Shown piece by piece: positions 17,574 to 25,546 of a stretch of 43,780 nucleotides of DNA (positions are counted from its first letter, which is position 1; every line of letters starts with the position of its first letter). The translations under genes were made by a program, and so were the position numbers. Origin of the DNA: Bdellovibrionota bacterium (lineage in GTDB: Bacteria; Bdellovibrionota; UBA2394); the NCBI GenBank assembly GCA_044351695.1, contig JBILFF010000002.1, positions 1 to 43,780 of the forward strand. The letters are read 5' to 3'. The notes below the pieces were generated by a model that saw only the letters and a program-made list of their open reading frames with translations, was not told where the DNA came from and did not search any database.

Positions 17574-19012
17574 GTGATGTGCGAGCGAGTATTTTAAGGG
17601 CTGTCGAAGAGGAGCGAAGCTCAAAGCTGCGACCAGGTTTAACGGGTCTTGGGGCTTTAGCACTTGGCCTGGCGTTTCTCTTTTTCGTGGTCGGCCGGGT
17701 CTGGCAAGATCGGCCTGATTCGTTTCTTATGGTTTCGATTCTTTGGTCTGTCGCTTTTGGGGCGGGAGTCTTTTTGTTTTTTCAACCTCAAGCTCGCATG
17801 GAGGTTCGGGGATTTTGGTCAAGGTTGGTTTTGTCAAAAATTTTGATCGTTTCAGTTTTGGGATGCTCGACTCAGTTGGTTCTCTGTCCGCATTTTGCTT
17901 TTCTTGATCACCAACTCCCAGGCGTCCATTTTTTCTCTTACATCGTCGAGTTTTACACTCTCATTGCAGGCCACACGGGCTGTTTGCTTTTGTGTGGGGC
18001 GAGTTTTGGTGCCATCACAGCGTCTCTGGGTTTTGTTTGGATTCGTCGATCTCTTTCTTTAACTCACTGGCGAGCCATCGCCTGGGCAGCACTGTGTATG
18101 GCCGTCGTCTCTCTTCCCGTGGGAGTTTGGCAGTTTTCACAGTCACACCACGGAGCAGGCTCGATATTTTGGGGAATCGGCTTAGTCGGGGGAATTCTTT
18201 TGAGTGCGGTTTTGGTTTTTGCTTTTTTTCGCAAGCACGACGTGTCGATGGCGGTGCCTGGCGACCTGCGTGATTTCAATTTGCTTTATCGAACCCATCT
18301 GTCTCACCAGGAGGGAGTAGAGAGCCCCCATTTTTTTGATCAAGGAGAGAGTCATCTGTATTCAGACTGGCTTTTACCCTCGTGTATTCAAACGGGTTGG
18401 GACTATGGGGATGAGTACTACTTAGCGGGCTTTCCCGATCTGTCGGAGGTCCTAGAGCGAGAGGCTTCGAACGTTCGAGTTCATGCGGATATCTGGCAAG
18501 AATATCGAAGAAACGGACTCACTCCCTTGGGGCGGTTGCTGCGCAAGCATTTGCGGGGGCGAGTTTTTATAGACCTGGGCTCTGGGCGAATCGAGAAATC
18601 AGTGGTGCCTCGACTGCTTGCAGAGGAGTTTGAGGCTGCATTTTATCTTGGAGTCGACCAAAATCTGAAGACGTCCGAGATTCGCCGAGCGGAGTTTCAG
18701 TTAGATGAAAGTCGGACCGGTTTTAGAAGCTTGTTTTTCAAGGATTCTGCCCTTTCATTTTTGAAGTCTATGAAGCCGGGTATTGCTGGGGTGGTTCACA
18801 TTGCCGGCTTTGAGTTGAAGAATTCGGCCTCTGCAGATTCGCGGCTCGAGGTGCTTGAAATTTTGCAAGAGCTCCATCGCATTCTAAGGCCGGGATCTGT
18901 TTTAATGTTGGGGGCGGCGAGTCATGATTTTCAGCCTCAGACAAGCCGTTGGAAGAATGATTTTAAGGTCATTGGGCAAAATCGTTATTATCGCCTTTTT
19001 AGGAGGCGATGA
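17570..19012 (+). CDS. polytopic membrane protein (NrsF/DUF1109-like putative anti-sigma module) fused to a class I SAM-methyltransferase-like domain
   Basis: Its ATG overlaps the sigma stop (ATGA). The first 225 aa or so carry 6-7 TM helices. The C-terminal 255 aa or so carry VFIDLGSGRIEKS (motif I-like), YLGVDQN (post-I acidic) and LRPGSVLMLG. Confidence 0.6.
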   Translation: MSDVRASILRAVEEERSSKLRPGLTGLGALALGLAFLFFVVGRVWQDRPDSFLMVSILWSVAFGAGVFLFFQPQARMEVRGFWSRLVLSKILIVSVLGCSTQLVLCPHFAFLDHQLPGVHFFSYIVEFYTLIAGHTGCLLLCGASFGAITASLGFVWIRRSLSLTHWRAIAWAALCMAVVSLPVGVWQFSQSHHGAGSIFWGIGLVGGILLSAVLVFAFFRKHDVSMAVPGDLRDFNLLYRTHLSHQEGVESPHFFDQGESHLYSDWLLPSCIQTGWDYGDEYYLAGFPDLSEVLEREASNVRVHADIWQEYRRNGLTPLGRLLRKHLRGRVFIDLGSGRIEKSVVPRLLAEEFEAAFYLGVDQNLKTSEIRRAEFQLDESRTGFRSLFFKDSALSFLKSMKPGIAGVVHIAGFELKNSASADSRLEVLEILQELHRILRPGSVLMLGAASHDFQPQTSRWKNDFKVIGQNRYYRLFRRR

Positions 19013-19035
19013 CGTAGCTCGGCGCACAGATTACA

Positions 19036-19770
19036 ATGAGAGCCATGAGCCGTAGTGTGAGGAGTTTAATCCTGTGCTTTGTGGGCATAAGCTTTTTAAG
19101 TGGTAGTTTGGCGGCACAACCCAAGACGAACAAAAAATTTCCAATCTTAGGGTTTCATCAAAACGGTAAAGTCGTCATTCCTTCCTTTCAAGACAAGATT
19201 TCGGAATCCATGCCGCTTGAGTTATTCGGCTGGGTGATGATTCCTCGCGAGGTGGAGCCCACTCCAGCGGATCTTAAATCGATGGGACCTTTCAAATTAG
19301 TTTACGAATCTAAACTCAGTCGAAAGGACTTGAGCACAGTTTCGAGCGATAAATGGTTAGTGCCGCAGGGATCACGCTCGGCACTCCTGTATCGATTTGA
19401 ACGCATGCCCAGCCCAATCGAAGCATCGGGTGCTCCACTGGTGATCTTTGAAAAAGACTTAAACTTGAATCCTGATTATCAGAAGCGCTCAGTCGCCTAC
19501 ACAGACTCTGAGTATGTTGAGGGCTTAGAACGATTTCAATCGGTCGAGCGTAGTTATACGGTTCTCTGGCCCATTTTGACTTTCGAGAGCGAGGTGTTTC
19601 GACTCATGGAATTACCGAATGGTGCCGGCCATTCGCTTTTCTTGAATCACTTGAAGGGGCTTGAATGTCAAAAAACGATTCCGGTCGACTTTTACAATCG
19701 TTCTAAAAATCAAGAGGCGGCGGACTTTGAGATGACGGCCGCGGTTTGTGGGGATCTCGAGTTTCAGTAA
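19036..19770 (+). CDS. exported protein, function unknown
   Basis: Signal peptide MSRSVRSLILCFVGISFLSGSLAAQP. It starts 23 nt downstream of the preceding gene on the same strand. Confidence 0.6.
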   Translation: MRAMSRSVRSLILCFVGISFLSGSLAAQPKTNKKFPILGFHQNGKVVIPSFQDKISESMPLELFGWVMIPREVEPTPADLKSMGPFKLVYESKLSRKDLSTVSSDKWLVPQGSRSALLYRFERMPSPIEASGAPLVIFEKDLNLNPDYQKRSVAYTDSEYVEGLERFQSVERSYTVLWPILTFESEVFRLMELPNGAGHSLFLNHLKGLECQKTIPVDFYNRSKNQEAADFEMTAAVCGDLEFQ

Positions 19771-19787
19771 GACCCTCGCGGCTCTGA

Positions 19788-20876
19788 CTAAGAAAAGTAG
19801 CGCATCAACAAAAAGACTCGGCTCATGATTCGTTCAAAAAAACTAAGCTCCGATAGATGCGGAAGCTCAAGCTTTCGAGACTCCTGAAGTTCTTCTAAAA
19901 ATCGTGTCTCAAGAAGTGCGCGGTTTTTGAGGTCAAAGATTTCGACTTCGATTTCGCGATCATGCAAAAAGCTTCGATGATTAAAGTTGATGCTCCCAAT
20001 AAAGGCGCGATCATCGACTTGAAGAATTTTTTGATGCGAGAAGGAGGGTAGATATTCAAAGACCTGAATTCCGGCTTTCATCAAATATCGAAAGTAGTAG
20101 TAGCTGAGCCATCGAATAAAAAAGATGTCGTTTCGTCGTGGAACGATCACTCGAATATCAATACCTCGTCGTGCTTGAGCGATCAAAATATCGAGAACGG
20201 GTCGAATAGGAATAAAGTAGGGATTCTGAATCCAAATTCTCTTTTGAGCTTCTTGGAGGCGTTTTTTAAGAATTCGATTGAATTGCAAGGAGCTGCCGGG
20301 CCCCTGGTTAATCAAGCAACGGGTCCATCGCCGACGCCACCAGTGAAACGGGCGTCGGCGATACAAATCGCGCATGGCCTCCGAGAGAATAGGTGTATCT
20401 GCGTCTACGAATTGCACCGCGATATCGCGCCAAGCATCTTTGCCATAAATTTCAGGCGAGTTGCGGTCGTCTATATTAAAGCTACCGACGATGGCCTCTT
20501 GGCCATCGCGAAGAATAATTTTTCGATGATTGCGGCGGTTTAGAATACTGATGACTCGGGTGATAGAGAGTCGCCCTTTAAAGACGCGGTTAATGGCTTT
20601 ATTGACTCGGTTAAAGAGTCTGAAGCTTATACTCGCCATTTTTAATCGACTGCCATAGCGAGTCTCAAATTCTGGCGAGCCAATCGCATCAATGAGTATT
20701 TCAATCTGAACGCCGCGCTTGGCCGCCTTGAGAAGTTCTTCCACAATCAAATCGCCAAACTCTCCCGGCGAAAAAATATAAAACTCGATCTGGAGCTTCG
20801 TTTGAGCAAGAGAGATTTGCTTAAGAAGTCCCCTTTGAAAATCAGCTTGCGTGGTAAGTAGGAGTTCAGAGGACAT
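19788..20876 (-). CDS. phospholipase D family protein (two HKD motifs; cardiolipin synthase/PLD-like, soluble)
   Basis: HKD motif 1 is HRKIILRDGQEAIVGSFNIDD. HKD motif 2 is HQKILQVDDRAFIGSINFNHRS. No TM helices. Confidence 0.85.
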   Translation of the reverse strand: MSSELLLTTQADFQRGLLKQISLAQTKLQIEFYIFSPGEFGDLIVEELLKAAKRGVQIEILIDAIGSPEFETRYGSRLKMASISFRLFNRVNKAINRVFKGRLSITRVISILNRRNHRKIILRDGQEAIVGSFNIDDRNSPEIYGKDAWRDIAVQFVDADTPILSEAMRDLYRRRPFHWWRRRWTRCLINQGPGSSLQFNRILKKRLQEAQKRIWIQNPYFIPIRPVLDILIAQARRGIDIRVIVPRRNDIFFIRWLSYYYFRYLMKAGIQVFEYLPSFSHQKILQVDDRAFIGSINFNHRSFLHDREIEVEIFDLKNRALLETRFLEELQESRKLELPHLSELSFFERIMSRVFLLMRYFS

Positions 20877-21006
20877 TAAGTCATTTTAGCTCTAGAGGCT
20901 CACTGAGCGATATGAATCTTTCTGCGCGCGAGCTGCTGATTTTGTTTCCCAAACTATCAGTCATTTGTTTAGCGTGGTCTAAAGCCCTGCCTAGTACACT
21001 AAAAGT

Positions 21007-21777
21007 ATGACCACTAAACTTCTCCTCATCTCTGATATCGACGACACACTCAAGCGCACGCATCGGCACTCTAAAGCCGAGATGCTCAAAAAGGGAATGC
21101 GCTCACGCAATTTTTTTGTGGGAATGCCTGAGCTCTACCGAGGATTTGCGTTGGGCTCTCTTGAGCCCGAGTCGCGTGAGCGATCAGCGCGCTGGGCTTG
21201 TATCGATCGCGATGGGCATCGTCGGGTGGCCTACGTGACGGGAGCGATTTCTAAATTTCAGTGGTTTTCAAGTCTGTTTCTCATTCGTAGTGGCTTTCCG
21301 ATTGGTCCATACATGGGCCGCGACGAGGGCCCCTCTTTTGAATTCAAGATGCGAGCCATTGAGGCTTTGATTCGAGACTACTTGGACCATGAAATCATTC
21401 TCGTGGGCGACAATGGCGAGAGTGATCCCGCCGTCTTTTCGGCCATCAGACAGCTCAAACTCAAGACCACGATTCACAGCTTCGTTCATGTGGTTTACGC
21501 GCATCGGCCGATCCAAGGTCATCAGACTTTCTTGAGTTCTTTAGGTCTCGCCGCTCATTTTTTAAATCGAGAGTGGATTTCGGAACTCGATTTTTCTTGC
21601 GTCCTCAGGGTGGTGCGAAGCTCCATCAAAGAGGATCCTCAGAAAGTGCTTCCGAGCTGGGTGAGCCCGCCTAAGCAACATGAAATCTTTCCAAACTTAA
21701 GTGACGACGTAAGAAAAGAGCTGCGTCAAGAGTATCGACTTTTAACGAGATATTTTCAGAAAAATCGATCAATCTAA
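21007..21777 (+). CDS. App1-like (DUF2183) phosphatidate phosphatase family protein
   Basis: A DxDxT motif near the N-terminus (LLISDIDDTLK) and a later GDNGESDP motif. The gene is divergent from the PLD gene. Confidence 0.6.
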   Translation: MTTKLLLISDIDDTLKRTHRHSKAEMLKKGMRSRNFFVGMPELYRGFALGSLEPESRERSARWACIDRDGHRRVAYVTGAISKFQWFSSLFLIRSGFPIGPYMGRDEGPSFEFKMRAIEALIRDYLDHEIILVGDNGESDPAVFSAIRQLKLKTTIHSFVHVVYAHRPIQGHQTFLSSLGLAAHFLNREWISELDFSCVLRVVRSSIKEDPQKVLPSWVSPPKQHEIFPNLSDDVRKELRQEYRLLTRYFQKNRSI

Positions 21778-21815
21778 CGCACCATATCGGCAGTTTTTAG
21801 GAGTTACAATAAAGT

Positions 21816-22937
21816 GTGATTCAGGGAGTTCCGGCGGCAGATCTTATCAATGGCATGAAAGAGCCTATTCTTTTGCTGGATCGCGAGCTCCTGATTGTTC
21901 ATTTGAATCACAAGGCGTGCGAGCTGTTAGATCGATCGGAAGCAGAGCTGGTGGGACAAGTCGTTGAAAATTTTGTTTCTCATCGAAAACTTTTTTTATC
22001 CGCAGTGTTAGATCCGTTTCGTCAAGAGTCCGAGCATCCGCCCACAGAAGTTTCGATTCATATTGGATCTCAAGAAAAGACTGCTCTGCTGACGGCCAGT
22101 TTTATCGCTCATGACGAGGTGAGTTGGATGCTGCGCCTTGAGGATAATTCACTCCTTAAGGCAGAGCAGCGAAAGCAGGCCGAACGTCAAATCGAGCTCT
22201 TTAAGAACTCGCGTCTCGAAAGCATCGGGACCCTGGCGGGTGGAATCGCTCATGAAATCAACAATCCTTTAGCGATCATCATGGGTTACACTCAAAAACT
22301 TGCTAGACTCGCTTCGGATCCTCAGGCAGTCCTGCCCCACACGAAGATCGCTGAGATCTCAGAAAAAATTCAAAAGACCGCACTTAGAATTGGAAAGATT
22401 GTGGGGAGTTTGCGGATGCTGTCTAGAGATGGTGAGGAGGAGACTTTCGAAACGATTCATTTAAGAGACCCGATTGAGGGGACGCTTCAGATCTTCCGCT
22501 CAAGAGCACAGTCTGAGGGCATCGACTTACAAATCGATGTTCAACAGGAGAGCTTAGAAATTCGAGCGAAACCCTCACAAATTTCACAGATGTGTGTTTA
22601 TTTGCTTACCAATGCGATCGAAGCAGCTACTCGATCTCAGGGCGCAAAATGGATCAGAGTAGAAATTCGAGCGCGCGCTGAGACCCAAGAGCTGGCCATT
22701 GTCGATAGTGGGCCGGGCGTTGCTCCCGAGATTCGAGACCAAATCATGCTGCCCTTCTTCACCACAAAAGATCCAGGCAAAGGAACGGGCTTGGGCCTGA
22801 GCATTGCTCTTCGGATCGTCAAGGAGCACGGCGGAAGGCTTTGGTTAGACACTTCATCGCCGGCCACGCGATTTGTAGTCGAATTTCCTAAAGAAATTCA
22901 GTCTGTTAAGCTGCGTCCCTTCCATGAGGTAAAATAA
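21816..22937 (+). CDS. cytoplasmic PAS sensor histidine kinase
   Basis: PAS-like N-terminus, H-box GGIAHEINNPL, N-box LLTNAIEA, G1 VDSGPGV and G2 GTGLGLSIA. The track start is GTG at 21816; an ATG at 21855 is possible. Confidence 0.85.
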   Translation: MIQGVPAADLINGMKEPILLLDRELLIVHLNHKACELLDRSEAELVGQVVENFVSHRKLFLSAVLDPFRQESEHPPTEVSIHIGSQEKTALLTASFIAHDEVSWMLRLEDNSLLKAEQRKQAERQIELFKNSRLESIGTLAGGIAHEINNPLAIIMGYTQKLARLASDPQAVLPHTKIAEISEKIQKTALRIGKIVGSLRMLSRDGEEETFETIHLRDPIEGTLQIFRSRAQSEGIDLQIDVQQESLEIRAKPSQISQMCVYLLTNAIEAATRSQGAKWIRVEIRARAETQELAIVDSGPGVAPEIRDQIMLPFFTTKDPGKGTGLGLSIALRIVKEHGGRLWLDTSSPATRFVVEFPKEIQSVKLRPFHEVK

Positions 22938-22943
22938 AAAAAG

Positions 22944-23336
22944 ATGTCGTCTGATGCTCGTCGGCACCCACGCTTCGATGTTTCGCATGCCTCTCAATAC
23001 GGTGGCAGCTTGCAGGGCAGTTCGGTCAAAATGCGTCTGTCGAGTTTGAGCCTGGGAGGTTGTGCGTTTTACGGTGAAAGTCCATTTAATCAACAGGCAA
23101 CGACTTTGGAGCTTGCACCTCCCCAAGAGGTTATTTGTGATCTTTTTGAGGTGGATCCAAAAACAGAAAAACCAGTCTTTCATCGAGTGAAAGGTAATTT
23201 AATTTATATATTGCCCGTCAATCAGCTCTCGGGAGGGGTTTATGTTTACGGCGTAAAGTTTTTTGAAGAAGAAAAGCAGAAATTAGAGGCCATGATCACT
23301 CATCTTAAGCATCTAGCCTCTCTCGGGCGTATCTAA
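22944..23336 (+). CDS. PilZ domain protein (second c-di-GMP-binding motif is non-canonical)
   Basis: RxxxR is present (RRHPR). The D/NxSxxG position reads SLSLGG. The protein is about 130 aa, and the gene starts 6 nt after the kinase stop. Confidence 0.55.
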   Translation: MSSDARRHPRFDVSHASQYGGSLQGSSVKMRLSSLSLGGCAFYGESPFNQQATTLELAPPQEVICDLFEVDPKTEKPVFHRVKGNLIYILPVNQLSGGVYVYGVKFFEEEKQKLEAMITHLKHLASLGRI

Positions 23337-23388
23337 AAAATCACAATTAAAATTGATCAGTCTTTATCGGCACTGCTACTGCCATCAC

Positions 23389-24594
23389 ATGTTAAACATC
23401 ATCAGTTTCTTGGGTCTTCTCACGATGGTTTTTTTAGCATGGCTCATTTCCAGTCATAAAAATAAATTTCCCTGGCGAGTTGTGTTGTCTGGTCTCGGAC
23501 TTCAATTGGTTCTCGGTTTCTTTGTTTTGCAGACAGAGATAGGCCGGGGGTTGTTTAATGGCGCTCGATCTTTTTTCGAAAAGATCATCGGCTTTTCAGA
23601 TGCCGGAGCGAAGATGGTTTTTGGCAGCCTTTTTACCAAAGAGAGCTTTGCTTTGAATGTTTTGCCTCCGATCATTTTTGTTTCTGCGGTTCTTGCGATT
23701 CTTTTTCATTTCGGAATTATGCAAAGAATAGTGAGGGGGATGGCCTGGGTGATGGTGCGATTAATGAATACCTCGGGTTCCGAGAGTCTGACTGCAAGCG
23801 CTGAGGTTTTTTTAGGACAAACAGAGGCGCCGCTGGTGATTCGACCGTACATTCCAACGATGACTCAGTCAGAGATCTTAGCCATGATGATTGCCGGAAT
23901 GGCCACGGTGAGCGGAGGAACTTTGGCGGCCTATATAGGGTTTGGTATGGATGCGGGCTACTTGCTTGCTGCCTCGATCATGGGCGCACCTGCTGCACTT
24001 CTGATTGCAAAATGTATCCTGCCTGAGACCGAAGAGTCGCCGACCAAAGGGGTGGTGAAGCTTGAAATCAAAAAGCAAGATAGCAATTTTTTAGATGCGG
24101 CCTGTCGTGGAGCAGGCGAGGGGCTCAAGCTTGCTGTGAATGTAGCCGCGATGCTGATTGCTTTTGTGGCTCTGGCCGCACTTTGTAATTTTATCTTAGG
24201 GCTGCTTCCAGAGGTTTATGGTTTGCCTGTTTCAGTAGAGCGAGTTTTGGGATGGATCTTTTGGCCTGTGGCTGCAGTCATGGGGGTTCCTTTCGATGAC
24301 GTCTCTGCACTTGCTCAATTGCTTGGCCAAAAAATGTTTTTAAATGAATTTGTGGCCTATATGGAGTTAGCAAAAATTCAATCCGAGCTTTCTCCTCGAA
24401 CAACAATGATTGCGACCTTTGCTCTTTGTGGTTTTGCCAATTTTGCTTCTGTCGCCATTCAAATTGGTGGCATCGGGGCTTTGGTGCCAGAGCGCCGAAA
24501 AGATCTTGCTAAGTTTGGCATTCGCGCAATGATTGGAGGAATGCTGGCCACTAATATGACTGCCTGTGTTGCTGGTATTTTTTCGGCTCTTTAA
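23389..24594 (+). CDS. nupC: NupC/CNT family nucleoside transporter
   Basis: Polytopic membrane protein with the C-terminal signature LCGFANFASVAIQIGGIGALVPERR. The ATG at 23389 is preferred over the TTG at 23353. Confidence 0.88.
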   Translation: MLNIISFLGLLTMVFLAWLISSHKNKFPWRVVLSGLGLQLVLGFFVLQTEIGRGLFNGARSFFEKIIGFSDAGAKMVFGSLFTKESFALNVLPPIIFVSAVLAILFHFGIMQRIVRGMAWVMVRLMNTSGSESLTASAEVFLGQTEAPLVIRPYIPTMTQSEILAMMIAGMATVSGGTLAAYIGFGMDAGYLLAASIMGAPAALLIAKCILPETEESPTKGVVKLEIKKQDSNFLDAACRGAGEGLKLAVNVAAMLIAFVALAALCNFILGLLPEVYGLPVSVERVLGWIFWPVAAVMGVPFDDVSALAQLLGQKMFLNEFVAYMELAKIQSELSPRTTMIATFALCGFANFASVAIQIGGIGALVPERRKDLAKFGIRAMIGGMLATNMTACVAGIFSAL

Positions 24595-24614
24595 GACTGC
24601 TGAGAGGTTCAAGT

Positions 24615-25475
24615 TTACTGAGATGCTGGAATGTTTGGTGCTACCGGATAAACAGCGATTTGCGCATCTCCCAGAGCTCGCAATTTTGTCTTGCATGGAT
24701 CCTCGCCAGTATCGGAACCCAAAACAACCGCGCTAGCCGCAAAAGGAGCGGTGCTATCTTCAAGACTCTTTGGTCGTAAGGTTCGAATCTCTGAGCGTCC
24801 AATATTTACTGGAGCCATCCCCTCGCGCGTCATTTGTACTACCCCTCGTATAACGTGCAGAAGCTGACGACCGGGGATCATCGGTAGGCTAGCCTCTTCG
24901 CCACCTCGGACTACGATCAACCTGCGAGAGAGTTTCGAAAGATCAAGAGAATGGCCCGATACGAATTTCAAGGCCGATAAATTTTCGACGTCAAAGACCA
25001 TCAAAGGCTCAAAACTCAGCTGATGAATGGGTGTCGCCTTCTCGGAACCCAGATTGATCCAGTCCGACTCCAAGTAGATCGCCAAAGAAATGTTCGTGAT
25101 GCTGGTCTCGTTGACTCGATCTACGATAAGGTCGCTGTGAAAGATAAACTGCTGCCCTAAAGAAGTCGCCACCCCTTCTTTGACCAGCTCACCACAGCTC
25201 GTCGATCGTCCGCTAACTAAACTAAGTTGGTCAAATCGAAGTACTGCTACAAGCTTTTGCCTAATCTGACCGATTAACTCTAACTTAGCAAAACCTCGAT
25301 TGCCCTCTAAGCCTCGGGTGAGCTGGGCGCGAATCGGGCTTTTTTCGGGCTGCTCAAAAGTCCATCGCGTGTCGCTCTGGACGAGCGAAGGCAGTTCATC
25401 GGCGGCCTCTGAAAAAACTGCCTGTGGCCCGAGAGCGCTGAGCGATAAAATTAAAATGATTAAGGCACGTCCCAT
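24615..25475 (-). CDS. exported protein, function unknown
   Basis: The ATG at 25475 gives a clean signal peptide, MGRALIILILSLSALGPQAVFS. The longer track ORF would overlap the upstream gene. Confidence 0.55.
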   Translation of the reverse strand: MGRALIILILSLSALGPQAVFSEAADELPSLVQSDTRWTFEQPEKSPIRAQLTRGLEGNRGFAKLELIGQIRQKLVAVLRFDQLSLVSGRSTSCGELVKEGVATSLGQQFIFHSDLIVDRVNETSITNISLAIYLESDWINLGSEKATPIHQLSFEPLMVFDVENLSALKFVSGHSLDLSKLSRRLIVVRGGEEASLPMIPGRQLLHVIRGVVQMTREGMAPVNIGRSEIRTLRPKSLEDSTAPFAASAVVLGSDTGEDPCKTKLRALGDAQIAVYPVAPNIPASQ

Positions 25476-25546
25476 TAAATTAAACTCACTTTGTTTAGGC
25501 CAAACATTTCTAGCTACCAATCTCATGGCTAATTGTCCATTTTCTC

